64,000 nt of DNA from Spirochaetales bacterium (GCA_016928955.1 JAFGJV010000034.1:1-64000), one strand, 5' to 3'. Counted from the first letter of the stretch, positions 38,048 through 48,301 are shown. A program made the numbers and translations. The notes: a model not told the origin generated them from the letters alone.

Positions 38048-38933
38048 GCAGGGCCGCGAACAGCCAGGCGTTGATGGCAAGGGCACCCAGCAGGGACATA
38101 AGGCTGCCGGCCGTTGCCCTGCCGGCGCGAGCGCTCCACAGCCTGGCGTCTTGAGCCCTCCTGAACAGGGACAAATCCCTCTTGGCGCGGCAGAAGCGGG
38201 CCCTGCGCCAGAAATGCCTGTACAGCAGAAAGCCAGCCAGGCCGGGCGGGGCAAACGGCAGTACGGGAGCCAGGGCTGCCGTTAGTATCAGCGCTGATAC
38301 CAGGGCCGGCGCGTCCGAACCGAGCGAAACGGACGCGAGCGCCGACGTCAGCACAAAGCCAAAGGCAAGGGCCGCCTGCCCCAGGGGATTCCAGTACTCG
38401 TTGCGGTGACGGCCGCCCCAGATGGACAGTTCGGCTATGTCCGATGGCTTGCCATCATACAGCACGACCACACCGTTGCAGCCGGCAGGATCCAGCCGGC
38501 TGCTGGCCGCGGACGCCAGCACAAGCCCGGAGGCCAGCACGGCCATTCCGGGCTGGATAGAGGCCACGGACGCCCAGCGCAGTCGCTCAACCGTAGCGCC
38601 GTAGGTTTTGTCGTCGCCGCGGGCGGCCTCGGGCTGGCTCAGCAGGAACAGGGAACCGGCGGCCATGTCCACTTCCAGGCTGCAGTTTTGGCAACGCACC
38701 CAGATGCCCGTCTGCCCGCCCAGGGCTTCCACCCGGCCTTCCACGCGCGCGGGAACGGGGGGCTCATCGGGCCTGGGCACGGACGCGGCGTCCATGAGCG
38801 GCAGGGCGGCGGCCTTGCCCACGGCCGACCTGAAGGACCGCCAGCGGGCCCTGGCCGTGAAGGCGCCGGCAACGGGGAGCAAGGCGTAGAACACGATGGC
38901 CGCGGCAATGGCGGCCCAGACGCTGGCGAGCAT
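38031..38933 (-). CDS. Hypothetical membrane protein
   Basis: N-terminal TM, GRHRNEYWNP motif, C-terminal TMs; GGAGG SD. Confidence 0.7.
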   Translation of the reverse strand: MLASVWAAIAAAIVFYALLPVAGAFTARARWRSFRSAVGKAAALPLMDAASVPRPDEPPVPARVEGRVEALGGQTGIWVRCQNCSLEVDMAAGSLFLLSQPEAARGDDKTYGATVERLRWASVASIQPGMAVLASGLVLASAASSRLDPAGCNGVVVLYDGKPSDIAELSIWGGRHRNEYWNPLGQAALAFGFVLTSALASVSLGSDAPALVSALILTAALAPVLPFAPPGLAGFLLYRHFWRRARFCRAKRDLSLFRRAQDARLWSARAGRATAGSLMSLLGALAINAWLFAALLRTLL

Positions 38934-38983
38934 GGTTGGCCTCCGCTTGTCATGACCCCGCGCGGCCGGTAGTATGGACGGGC

Positions 38984-39649
38984 ATGGTTAGGCAATTCAG
39001 TGTAGGACCGATAGGCGAGAACGTCTACGTAGTGGAACGCCCCGGAGAGCCTGTAGTGGTGGTGGATCCTGGCGCGGACGCGGACCGCATTCTGTCGGAA
39101 ACCCTTGAGGCGGCGGAACGAGTTAAAAACCGCGCGGTCCACGTGGTGTGCACGCACGGACACCTGGACCACGTGGCCGCCGCTCCGGGCCTGCTGGCGG
39201 GGCTTAAGGGAGCCGGGCTGGAGGCTCGGCTGTTTGCCCCGGCAGGGGACAGGCAGTACTTTGGTGATACGGCTGAGGCCGTCAATCGGCAGGTCTTCAA
39301 GGACATCCGGGCCAACGCTTTTTTTACGCGTTTCTGGACACCCATACCAGAGGCGGACGTGTACTACGACGACGGGTACGTCTTTCCGGGCACCGGGATT
39401 CGGGCCATGCATACGCCCGGGCACACCCCTGGTTCGTCCTGTCTCCTTGTTGAAGGCGGCTCCATACTGCTGGCCGGGGACACGCTCTTCCGCTATGGCC
39501 GTGGCCGCACGGACACTTTTGACGCCGACGAGGCGGCCATCGTGTCGTCCATCCGCACGCGCATCCTGGAACTCCCTGACACCGTGCGCGTCATGCCGGG
39601 CCACGGGCCGTCCAGCACCATCGGGCAGGAACGCCCGCTCTATCCCTGA
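38984..39649 (+). CDS. MBL-fold metallo-hydrolase (glyoxalase II-like)
   Basis: VDPG, THGHLDH, HTPGHTPGS, GDTLF, PGHG. Confidence 0.92.
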   Translation: MVRQFSVGPIGENVYVVERPGEPVVVVDPGADADRILSETLEAAERVKNRAVHVVCTHGHLDHVAAAPGLLAGLKGAGLEARLFAPAGDRQYFGDTAEAVNRQVFKDIRANAFFTRFWTPIPEADVYYDDGYVFPGTGIRAMHTPGHTPGSSCLLVEGGSILLAGDTLFRYGRGRTDTFDADEAAIVSSIRTRILELPDTVRVMPGHGPSSTIGQERPLYP

Positions 39650-39666
39650 TCCCAGACGGAGGATCC

Positions 39667-40767
39667 ATGAACATCCTGCGTATCTCGGCGTGCGCCTGCG
39701 CGCTGTTCTTGCTGTCCTGTTCCAGCGCCCCGTCCACCGCCGAGCGTACGGAACTGGCTCTCGGGACCGTGTGTTCCGTCCGTGTGCTAGACGGCGCGAG
39801 CGAAAAGGCTTTAGACGACGCATTTGCGCGGCTGGCGGCCATAGAGGCCGAGATGAGCGCCAACGACCCCGGTACGCTGGTGGACCAGGTCAACCAGGCG
39901 GCCGGCGGCCAGGCCGTGGCCGTGCCTGACGACCTGCGCTACGTAACCCGCAAGGCCCTTGAGTACGCCGCCCTGTCCGACGGGGCCTTTGACCCGACCA
40001 TAGGCCCCCTGGTCAAACTGTGGGGCATTGGCACGGAGGACGAGCGCGTGCCTTCAGCCGACGAGGTAAGCGCCGCCCTGGCCATGGTGGACAGGTGGCT
40101 TCTTGAGCTGGACGACCAGGCCGGCACCCTGCGCCTGGCCAAGCCAGGCATGCGCCTGGATCTTGGTGCCATAGCCAAAGGCTACGCCGCGGACGAAGCC
40201 GGACGAATACTGGCGGAGCAGGGAGTGACGGCGGCGGTCATAGACCTGGGCGGCAACGTCAAGGTGGTGGGCAGGAAACCCGACGGGTCGCCCTGGAAAA
40301 TAGGCGTTCAGAATCCGTTTGACGACCGCGGGGCGTACATAGGCATAGTCACGGTGACAGGCGATCGCACCGTGGTCACCAGCGGCGTGTACGAGCGCTA
40401 TTTCCTGGGCGACGACGGCACGCACTACCATCACATCCTGGACACGCGAACGGGCTACCCGGTGCGCAACGGCCTTGCGTCGGTGACCATCATCGCCAGC
40501 TCGAGCATAGACGCCGACGGCCTGTCCACCACGCTGTTCGCCCTGGGCCTGGACAAGGGGCTGGCCCTTGCCAACAGCCTGGACTGGATGGAGGCCGTCT
40601 TTATCGACGAGGACAAACGCGTATACCTAAGCGACGGAGCCCAGGCCATCTTTGAGCTGACGGACGACTCGTTCGTCCTGGCTCAGGCGGACCTACGCGA
40701 ACCGAGCTTGAGCGACACGAACACCCAGGGCGCTCCCAGCGAGGTCCAGACGCCTACCAGCCCGTAA
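39667..40767 (+). CDS. apbE: FAD:protein FMN transferase lipoprotein
   Basis: Lipobox LLSC; GAFDPTIGPL..LWG, DLGAIAKGY, DLGGN, TSGVYERY, HHILD..TGYP, ADGLST. Confidence 0.93.
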   Translation: MNILRISACACALFLLSCSSAPSTAERTELALGTVCSVRVLDGASEKALDDAFARLAAIEAEMSANDPGTLVDQVNQAAGGQAVAVPDDLRYVTRKALEYAALSDGAFDPTIGPLVKLWGIGTEDERVPSADEVSAALAMVDRWLLELDDQAGTLRLAKPGMRLDLGAIAKGYAADEAGRILAEQGVTAAVIDLGGNVKVVGRKPDGSPWKIGVQNPFDDRGAYIGIVTVTGDRTVVTSGVYERYFLGDDGTHYHHILDTRTGYPVRNGLASVTIIASSSIDADGLSTTLFALGLDKGLALANSLDWMEAVFIDEDKRVYLSDGAQAIFELTDDSFVLAQADLREPSLSDTNTQGAPSEVQTPTSP

Positions 40768-41573
40768 CGGACGAACCTGGCCAGGGCGTACAGGCTCTGG
40801 CCCTCGTCCGGCGACACCAGCTTGCCGCCCACGTACACCACGGCCAATCCGGCCAGGCCCAGGCCCAGGCGCGCAAGTTTCTGCCACGGCGACCCAGCCC
40901 TGGCGTCAAAGCCCACCTTGTCGAACATGAACGCGGCGCCCACGGCGGTGCCGAAAAATACGCCGGACAGGTTGGTTTCCTCAGGCAGAAGGGCGTTCAT
41001 GCCCAGGGCGGCCACAGCCGCCAGGATAACCTTGACGCGGATATTAGCCTTGCCCAGGAAATTTTCCGCGCCGTGCCCAAAGAAGAACCACGCCAGCGCT
41101 ATACCCCAGCCCAGGAACCAGCCCAGGAAGAGATCCGTGGGAAAGTGGACGCCCAGGTAAATCCTGGTAAAGCCGATGACAATGGGCACCAGGATGGCCA
41201 ATAGAAGGCCCCAGGGTTTTCTGATTTTGGGCGCCAGAAGGCCCCAGAATACGGCTGTTCCCTGGGAATGTCCCGACGGAAGGCCGTAACTGCTCTCGTG
41301 GGACAGGGCTACCCCCGGATCCAGGTCAAAGGGACGGGGCTGGCGGAACACCACCTTGAGCCAGGAATTCAGGAAGGCCGACCCCAGCACGATCAGCCCG
41401 AAACGGACGCCAAAGCGCTCGTCAAAGCACCAGAAAATGACAGGCAGGGCAAGCAGGTAAAAGTACTCCGAACCGGCCAGGGTAAGCACTTTCATGATTT
41501 CGGTCAGTACGGGATTGGCGATGGTTTGTACGGCCTGGACCACGTCCAGGCCCCAGGCAAGCACGGGCTCCAT
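40683..41573 (-). CDS. PAP2-family membrane phosphatase
   Basis: K.xF.QPRP, PSGH, RIYLGVHFPTD motifs; multiple TMs. Confidence 0.92.
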   Translation of the reverse strand: MEPVLAWGLDVVQAVQTIANPVLTEIMKVLTLAGSEYFYLLALPVIFWCFDERFGVRFGLIVLGSAFLNSWLKVVFRQPRPFDLDPGVALSHESSYGLPSGHSQGTAVFWGLLAPKIRKPWGLLLAILVPIVIGFTRIYLGVHFPTDLFLGWFLGWGIALAWFFFGHGAENFLGKANIRVKVILAAVAALGMNALLPEETNLSGVFFGTAVGAAFMFDKVGFDARAGSPWQKLARLGLGLAGLAVVYVGGKLVSPDEGQSLYALARFVRYGLVGVWTSLGAPWVFVSLKLGSRRSA

Positions 41574-41633
41574 GTGTCGCTCCTACAGCGGGGTTACTAG
41601 CCGGCATCGGCTGTTGGACATTCAGGCTGCCGT

Positions 41634-44045
41634 CTACACGGCCAGCGGCTGGCCCGATTCCAGGAAAGCGCGGAATTCGTGCTCGGGGACCGGGGCGGAG
41701 AAGAGGTAGCCCTGGTACGCGTCGCAGAAAATCGTGTCCAGGAACAGCATCTGGTCCCGCCGCTCTATGCCCTCGGCCACCACGCTGAAGCTCAGAGTGT
41801 GGGCCATGTCCACTATGGCTGACGCGATTATCGTGGCCTTTCGGTCGTGCGGCAAGGGGTCGATGAAGGATTTGTCCAGCTTGACCGTGTCCACGGGGTA
41901 GTCCTTGAGCTTGGAAAAGGACGAGTAGCCGGTGCCGAAATCGTCTATCGATATGGCCGAGCCCAGATCCTTGAGTTTCAGCAGCTTGCGTATGCCCTCA
42001 CGCTCGTTCTCCATGATGCCTGTTTCCGTGATCTCGAATTCCAGCAGGCGGGGATCCAGGCCGGTGGAATCCAGGGCCCGCTTGATGTCGTCTATCAGGT
42101 CTTCCCGGCCGAACTGCCTGGGTGACAGGTTCACCGATATGGGTACCTTGGGCAGGCCCGCGGAGAACCAGGATGACGCCGTCTGGCAGGTCATACGCAG
42201 CATCAGGGAGCCGATGGAGTCTATGTTGCCGCTTTTCTCCGCCACGTCTATGAAGTAGGCGGGGCTCTTGAGCTCGCCGCTCGGATGACGCCAGCGCACC
42301 AGGGACTCCGCCCCGATAATGCAGCCGTTCCGGTCCACCTTGGGCTGGAAATACGGCAAGAGGCCGCCCCGCTCCAGGGCCACGTTCAGGTCGTTCTCTA
42401 TTTTCTGCCTCTTGATGATGTCGCCGTTGAGCCTGGCGTCAAAGAGTCGATAGCGGTCCCTGCCGGATTCCTTGGCCATGTACAGGGCGGTTTCCGCGTT
42501 CCGTATCAGGTCCTCGGCGTTGCGGCCGTCGTTGGGATAGAGCGCCACGCCAATGGAAGCGGACAGCTTGACGTCCTCGCCTATGTCCAGATGGACCGGC
42601 TGGCGGAAGGCCATGCGCGCCTTGCCGATGATTTCCTTTATGTGGTCCTGGGAGCGGATGTCCGGGAACAGGGCAAAGAATTTGTCGCCCCGGTAGCGGG
42701 ACACCACGTCGTCGTTCCTGAACGAAGCGCGGAGCCAGCCCGCGGCGGTTTTCAGCACCTGGTCGCCTATGTCCGTGCCGAACAGGTCGTTGACGCGCTT
42801 GAAGCGGTCCAGGCCCAGGGCCATGACGGCGAACACGCGGTTGCGGTTCCTGGCTATGGTGACCGTGCGCTCCACCGCCTGTATGAAGCTGTCCCGGTTA
42901 GGGAGGCTGGTCAGCGGGTCGTAGTGCTGGTAGAACTCCGCGCGGGCCTCGGCCGTTCGCTGCCTGGTCATGTCGCGGAGGGTCATCAACACGGCCTGGA
43001 TGTCCGGGTTATGGAGATAGTTGGACGCCATGGCCTCCACGGGAAGCTCGGTGCCGTCTTTTCTGGCGAGGGAAAAGAACGACGAGAAGGTAGGAGTCCC
43101 GGCCAGGAGGCTGGAGGCGAACATGGCGCGCTGATCCCTGGCCTGGTCGTCCGGCAGGAAGGAGAACAGTTCCCGGCCAGACAGTTCGTCCGGTGAGAAG
43201 CCGGTGAGCGACTGCACGGCCTGGCCGCATATCCTGATCCGGCCGTCTGCGTCCAGGAGCAGGACTATGTCCGCGCTGTGCTCAACCAGGCCCTGGAACA
43301 GGGCTTGGTGCCGTCGTATCTCGTTCCGCGACTGGCCAAGGGAGCGGCTGGCCGCATCCGTCTCAGCGCGTTCCTCGCGGAGGAGCGCCTCGAACGCGGC
43401 GGCCTCCTTCCTGGCTATCAGGGCCTCCTGCGCTGAGCGGGCAGTCTGCCTGCACAGAAAGCCCACGCCTATGAGGAACACGGCGTCCATGAACAGGAAC
43501 GGCCAGGCCAGGTTGACTGCCCCTGGCGAGAGGCCGGGGAAGGGCAGGGACGCCGACGCCGAACCGGCAGCCAGCGCGCCCAGCAGGGCCGTTGACGCCG
43601 ACAGCATCCAGAAACCGGGGCCTATGCCCAGAAAGAAACCGGCCAGCAAGGGCGCCCCGCACAGCAGGGCTATGCCCTCGGCCGTGTACGATCCCCCCAC
43701 CACAAAGGTCCCCGCTCCGGCCAGCCAGAACATAGCGGCCATGGTATAGAACAGCGTGGCTGGCCGTAAGCCGCGCTGGAAATACAGGATCAGGGCCACG
43801 ATGATGGAAGCTACGCGTATCATCAGGATGGGGCCGGGCCTGCCCTGGGCGGCTTCCACAACGGGTCCGGCCAAGGCGCAGGTAACGGCTATCAGGGTGA
43901 GAAGCAGGATGGCCCTGGCGGCGTTCTCTCGGCAGTAGGTTATATCATGCTCGCGGGCCGGCTTGGCCGGTCGCGTAGCCTCGGACAGGAACTCCTTGAG
44001 GCTGGTGAGAAAGGGGCCAGCTAGTCGATCCGGCCGTTCGCCCAT
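41634..44045 (-). CDS. Membrane PAS-GGDEF(degenerate)-EAL protein, probable c-di-GMP phosphodiesterase
   Basis: About 6 TMs, PAS, YDPLTSLPNR, RGDKF in place of GGDEF, ESLVRW, EITE, DDFGTGYSS, KLD, AEGIE, QGY. Confidence 0.9.
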   Translation of the reverse strand: MGERPDRLAGPFLTSLKEFLSEATRPAKPAREHDITYCRENAARAILLLTLIAVTCALAGPVVEAAQGRPGPILMIRVASIIVALILYFQRGLRPATLFYTMAAMFWLAGAGTFVVGGSYTAEGIALLCGAPLLAGFFLGIGPGFWMLSASTALLGALAAGSASASLPFPGLSPGAVNLAWPFLFMDAVFLIGVGFLCRQTARSAQEALIARKEAAAFEALLREERAETDAASRSLGQSRNEIRRHQALFQGLVEHSADIVLLLDADGRIRICGQAVQSLTGFSPDELSGRELFSFLPDDQARDQRAMFASSLLAGTPTFSSFFSLARKDGTELPVEAMASNYLHNPDIQAVLMTLRDMTRQRTAEARAEFYQHYDPLTSLPNRDSFIQAVERTVTIARNRNRVFAVMALGLDRFKRVNDLFGTDIGDQVLKTAAGWLRASFRNDDVVSRYRGDKFFALFPDIRSQDHIKEIIGKARMAFRQPVHLDIGEDVKLSASIGVALYPNDGRNAEDLIRNAETALYMAKESGRDRYRLFDARLNGDIIKRQKIENDLNVALERGGLLPYFQPKVDRNGCIIGAESLVRWRHPSGELKSPAYFIDVAEKSGNIDSIGSLMLRMTCQTASSWFSAGLPKVPISVNLSPRQFGREDLIDDIKRALDSTGLDPRLLEFEITETGIMENEREGIRKLLKLKDLGSAISIDDFGTGYSSFSKLKDYPVDTVKLDKSFIDPLPHDRKATIIASAIVDMAHTLSFSVVAEGIERRDQMLFLDTIFCDAYQGYLFSAPVPEHEFRAFLESGQPLAV

Positions 44046-44222
44046 GCCCACAGTGTAAGGGCGGGTCGTCGGCACCGCAAGGCTCGCAATCGATTTCGCT
44101 GGATTTCGCTCGTATTGACTGCGGGGCTGCGGACGTAGTACAAAAAACGCCAGCGGGCGCACGGTGTCAGGGCCCGCGAGTAGCCAAAACGTCCGAGCGC
44201 GGATATTCTGGCAAGCGTCAGG

Positions 44223-44305
44223 GCCGGCATGGTGGAATGGCAGACACGGCAGACTCAAAATCTGCTGTCCGCAAGGATGTGTGGGTTCAAGTCCCACTGC
44301 CGGCA
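44223..44305 (+). tRNA. tRNA-Leu (anticodon CAA), CCA not encoded
   Basis: Acceptor stem GCCGGCA/TGCCGGC, D-loop TGG, anticodon arm GCAGA-CTCAAAA-TCTGC, long variable arm, GGTTCAAGTCC T-arm. Confidence 0.97.
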
Positions 44306-44306
44306 A

Positions 44307-44549
44307 TTGGAATGCAGACCTGGTTGCGGGGCTTGCTGCGAGGCCCCGTCCATATCGTCGCCCCTTCCGGGGTACCCACACGGCAAGCCCGCGGGCGTGC
44401 CCTGTCCCGACCGGAGCTGCCTGCTGTACGGGCAAGCCCAGCGGCCGGCCGTATGCTCGTCGCTCAAGCCACATCCCGACATGTGCGGCTCGTGCAGGGC
44501 CGAGGCCATGGAGCGCCTTGAAGCCCTGGAGCTGGCAACCCGTCCCTGA
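44307..44549 (+). CDS. YkgJ-family cysteine-cluster protein
   Basis: (M)ECRPGCGACC..PSISS..PG...GKPAG..C...C.LYG...RPAVC; TTG start 1 nt after the tRNA. Confidence 0.8.
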   Translation: MECRPGCGACCEAPSISSPLPGYPHGKPAGVPCPDRSCLLYGQAQRPAVCSSLKPHPDMCGSCRAEAMERLEALELATRP

Positions 44550-44632
44550 CGCGGCCGCCGGCGGAATGCCGTTGACCGGAGCCGAGGCGGGGGTATACTC
44601 ATGGAAGCGCGCTGGCGCGCGGGGGAGGAAGC

Positions 44633-45274
44633 ATGAATACCATAGACACGTGGCACGCGGAAACGCTTGGCCAGTCCGCGGTCAAATCCCTCATCAAGAA
44701 CGGTTTCAAGGCCGAGTATCTGCCCGACGCCGCGTCCGCGGCCGAGCGCATTGGCGAGTTTCTGGTCAAAGGGCAGAGCGTGGGCTTTGGCGGTTCCATG
44801 ACGGTCAAGGCCCTGGGCGTGCAGGAAAAGGCCGCGGCCGCGGGCTGCGAGATTCTGGACCACAACGCCCCCGGCCTGTCGCCGGAAGCCAAACTCGGCC
44901 TCTTAAGGCGCCAGCTCAGCTGCGACCTGTTCATATCCGGCAGCAACGCCCTGACGCTCGAGGGCGAGTTGGTCAATGTGGACGGCAACGGCAACCGCGT
45001 GGCCGCGCTCAGCTTTGGCCCGGCCAGGACCCTGGTGGTGGTGGGCGTGAACAAGATCGTCCTGGACCTGGACGAGGCCTTTGCCCGCATCGAGCTGGTT
45101 GCGTCGCCCAAGAACAACAAACGCCTGGACAAGCCCAATCCCTGCGTGAAGGTGGGCCGCTGTATGGACTGCGAAGGCGAGACGCGCATATGCCGCGTCT
45201 ACCAGGTACTGCGGCGCCGTCCGTCGCTGTCCGACTTTACCGTGCTGGTGGTCGGCGAGCCGCTGGGCTTCTGA
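44633..45274 (+). CDS. LUD-domain (lactate utilization-like) protein
   Basis: GFGGSMT, SNALT..GELVNVDGNGNRV, VGVNKIV, PC...G.C.DC...RIC. Confidence 0.88.
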   Translation: MNTIDTWHAETLGQSAVKSLIKNGFKAEYLPDAASAAERIGEFLVKGQSVGFGGSMTVKALGVQEKAAAAGCEILDHNAPGLSPEAKLGLLRRQLSCDLFISGSNALTLEGELVNVDGNGNRVAALSFGPARTLVVVGVNKIVLDLDEAFARIELVASPKNNKRLDKPNPCVKVGRCMDCEGETRICRVYQVLRRRPSLSDFTVLVVGEPLGF

Positions 45275-45284
45275 GCCCGGATAC

Positions 45285-47441
45285 TCAGTCCAGAACGCCC
45301 CGCGCGTCCTTGCCGGCCGCCAGCCGGCCGTCCCGGCCTATGTTCATGACCGGTATGTCGTCGTAACGGCCGGCGTTGTTCCAGAAGGTCAGCCCCTCGT
45401 TGCGCGAATCCCGCACCCCGTCCACCTGCAGGCTCACGTACCTGGGCGAGTAGTACTCGCGGTCGTACCGCACGTTCAGGAAAAAGGCCTGGACGTAGGG
45501 GCGGATGACCGCCTTCTTGCGCGATATGTACGAGTTCCGGAGTGTGCCCAGGCGGTAGATGCGGTAGGGACGCTGGTCGGCCGGCGGGTAGGCCAGGAAA
45601 TCCTGCTCAAAGTGGGACGGGTAGAACATGGGGCAGATGGCGTCCACGTACCTGGACAAAAGCTCCACGTCCTGGCCCGTGCGCACGCCGGAGCGGAACC
45701 AGCCGTTGGCCCCGTAGATGTCTATGCTGATAGGCGCGTCTATGTGCGAGCGGGCGTAGCTCAGGAAGGACATGAGGGCGCTCTCGCGGTCCATGCCCTT
45801 GTCCTGCCAGCGGAAACGGGCGTCGGCCAGGTTCGCTCCGTCCGTGGGAAAGCGTATGTAGTCGAACTGGACCTCGTCAAAGCCACGGGCGACGATTTCC
45901 CGCGCTATGGCCACGTTGTATTCCCATACTTTTTCCGAATACGGATCCACCCAGTACTCGCCGTAGTACTGGCGCTCGGTGACCTTGATGGTGGCCGGGG
46001 CCGCCGACGAGGGAGGAGCTCCCGGAGGCGTCGGCACGGGCTGGTCCTTGGTGACCAGTTCGTAGCCGCGCCAGGGTTTGTTTTCCTTGCCATCCCATAC
46101 GGCATAGGCGCCGCCGGCGGCCTCGTGCAGGCGCTGGTCCTTGAACACCACGATGCGGGCGACCAGATAGCGGCCCTTGGCCTTCATCTCGGCCACAAAG
46201 CCCTCAACGTCCAGCGGGTTCACGCTCTTGCCAAGGGTTTTGACCAGGGGATCGCGCGGCTCGAAGCGCAGGCGGCCATAGTCGTCCTTCAGATCAACCA
46301 CCACCATGTCCAGTTTGCGATCCGTCATCACCGCGTCGTATTTGGCGCGGCTGTCGGCGTTGACCATGAACCCGGTCTGCAGGTAGAAGCCGTGCCTGCC
46401 GTCGGCCGCCTGGCGCCAGGGCTTATCGCTCTTGAATTCGACCAGCCACAGCTCGGAAAGGGACGTTCCGTCCGACAGGTGGAGGGCTTCCAGCTGTCCG
46501 GGTACCAGGCTGGACGCGGCCCGCACTGCCGCCGTTTCCCGCTGGACGGGAACGGGATCCTGCCCGGGTACCGTCTGTCTGAGCACGGTACCGTCACCGA
46601 CCATGTACAGGCCGTCCTGCCTGACCTGCAGGGAATCCAGGGCCATGAAGTCGACGCTGCCCTTGTAGATGGGCTGGAAGGCGTTCGACGCCGCGTCGTA
46701 GCGGTAGGCGCGCGGCTGGAAAGTGTTGACGGCGTATATCGCGGCTGAGTCTCCGGACGCCGCGGCGACGATGTCGGCAATCTCGTCCGGGGCCGAGTCC
46801 GGGTCCACACGGGCCAGGTCGCCGCCGATTTCCTTCCAGGTTCCGCCGGACAGGGGCTTTACGAAGGGTCCCTTGATGGGATGCGACGCGAACAGAAGCG
46901 CGGTGGGTTTGCTGGTGACGGCCACGGCCTTGAGGCCCGGCTGGGGCGCCGGAGATGGCACCGTTGACCAGGATAGCCCGCCGTCGCGCGTGAGGTACAC
47001 GGCATCCTTGGTGCAGGCGACCAGGGTGGCCGGGTCAAAGGGGTCGACCTCAAGGTCCTTGATCTCCTGGACTTCAGTGACAAAGCCTTTGGCGCCAGCC
47101 TCCCAGGTCTTGAGCGTCTTGACGGGAAAGCCCGCGTTGCGCTCCTCGAAGCTGGCCAGGTCGCGGCTGAACAGCACGCCCCGGGACGAGAGGAAATACC
47201 ACGAATCGCCTGCGCGCAGGATTTTCTTGAATTCCGTGCCGGACACCAGTTTGGAAAGCGACGAGTCGTCGTTCACGCGGTACAGGCCGTCAGACGCCCC
47301 GAGCAGGGCGCCCTTGAGAACGGCCGACGCCTGCGCGCCCTGGGTGGCCGGTCGCTGGACAGAATACTGGGCGCTGGCCGCGACGACGGCCAGGACGGCC
47401 GCAACGACGAGGAATACTGCGCGCTGGTGGGGGAATCGCAT
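45285..47441 (-). CDS. Putative glycoside hydrolase (DUF4015-like TIM barrel) with an N-terminal propeller-like region
   Basis: Signal peptide; VVDLKDDYG, ARIVVFKD, WVDPY, GFDEVQFDYIRFPTDG, PMFYPSHF, RPYVQAF. Confidence 0.8.
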   Translation of the reverse strand: MRFPHQRAVFLVVAAVLAVVAASAQYSVQRPATQGAQASAVLKGALLGASDGLYRVNDDSSLSKLVSGTEFKKILRAGDSWYFLSSRGVLFSRDLASFEERNAGFPVKTLKTWEAGAKGFVTEVQEIKDLEVDPFDPATLVACTKDAVYLTRDGGLSWSTVPSPAPQPGLKAVAVTSKPTALLFASHPIKGPFVKPLSGGTWKEIGGDLARVDPDSAPDEIADIVAAASGDSAAIYAVNTFQPRAYRYDAASNAFQPIYKGSVDFMALDSLQVRQDGLYMVGDGTVLRQTVPGQDPVPVQRETAAVRAASSLVPGQLEALHLSDGTSLSELWLVEFKSDKPWRQAADGRHGFYLQTGFMVNADSRAKYDAVMTDRKLDMVVVDLKDDYGRLRFEPRDPLVKTLGKSVNPLDVEGFVAEMKAKGRYLVARIVVFKDQRLHEAAGGAYAVWDGKENKPWRGYELVTKDQPVPTPPGAPPSSAAPATIKVTERQYYGEYWVDPYSEKVWEYNVAIAREIVARGFDEVQFDYIRFPTDGANLADARFRWQDKGMDRESALMSFLSYARSHIDAPISIDIYGANGWFRSGVRTGQDVELLSRYVDAICPMFYPSHFEQDFLAYPPADQRPYRIYRLGTLRNSYISRKKAVIRPYVQAFFLNVRYDREYYSPRYVSLQVDGVRDSRNEGLTFWNNAGRYDDIPVMNIGRDGRLAAGKDARGVLD

Positions 47442-47569
47442 GGCGTGCTCCGATGGTGCTGGCTACGGTATGGCCCGGGTGCGCCTGGGCCGTGGACCGA
47501 TTCTACAATGCCGGCCGGTTTTTGGCCATACTGCGCGGGTAGCGCAAAGGCGCCGCGCCGCCGGCCTGT

Positions 47570-48301
47570 CTACATGCCAAAGACCCGCCGCCTGTTGCCC
47601 TGGCCTATGCGCCGGAGGATAGAGCTGAGGCTTTCGCCGTCCGCGCGCCCTCGGGCCAGGTCGGTGGCAAAGGCGCCCATGGAGAAGTGCTTATACAGGT
47701 ACAGGGAACCGAAGAGATCGTGCCGGTCCCGGTACGCCGCGGTGAGGGCTTGCGTCCATGGGGCAAAAACCCCGCGCGGCCCGAGCTCTGACAAGCCCAT
47801 GACCCATACCGGAGCGTTCAGGGTTTCCTGGAGCTCGGGCACCAGGGCGGCCATCCAGCGCTGGCTTTCTTCAAGAACGGGACCCAGGTCGGGATGGTTC
47901 CTGAGGAGGAGCTTGAGCTGGGCTGTCTTGGGCGTGTGCACGGGCGTCTTGTTGACGATGACGGCTTCCGTGCGTATGTCCACGCCCAGCTCGCGCCGGA
48001 AAAAATTCTCGGTGGTCTTGCCGGACTGGCCTATCAGGTAACGCTGTTTGTCCGCTTCCTGCTCGCGCTTGCCGGGGTTGTCGGCCACGATGATCCACTT
48101 GACCGACGAATCGGGGCTGAGGTCGTCCAGCGCGCGGTTGTACACGATGGGCGTCTGGACGCTGTAGTCGTCCTCTCCAAGGGCTCTGGCCAGTTCGGCC
48201 TGGGCCTTGGCGAGTCCGGGGGCCCGGGCCAGCCAGGCGTCTACCTGGTTTCTGAAACCGTCGCGCGCCTTGGTGAAACGTTTCCATGCCGTTGGGTCCA
48301 T
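47570..48301 (-). CDS. Uracil-DNA glycosylase-superfamily-like protein
   Basis: IIVADNPG..E...YLIGQSG resembles UDG motif A; NKTPVHTP; C-terminal KHFS (motif B-like His). Confidence 0.55.
   Translation of the reverse strand: MDPTAWKRFTKARDGFRNQVDAWLARAPGLAKAQAELARALGEDDYSVQTPIVYNRALDDLSPDSSVKWIIVADNPGKREQEADKQRYLIGQSGKTTENFFRRELGVDIRTEAVIVNKTPVHTPKTAQLKLLLRNHPDLGPVLEESQRWMAALVPELQETLNAPVWVMGLSELGPRGVFAPWTQALTAAYRDRHDLFGSLYLYKHFSMGAFATDLARGRADGESLSSILRRIGQGNRRRVFGM

Noticed and set aside
44280..44305. tRNA-Leu as an integration site
   Set aside because: No duplicated tRNA 3' end, integrase or GC shift seen nearby.
44046..44474. N-terminal extension of the EAL ORF
   Set aside because: Runs antisense through the tRNA and the YkgJ-like gene; a promoter sits directly before ATG 44045.
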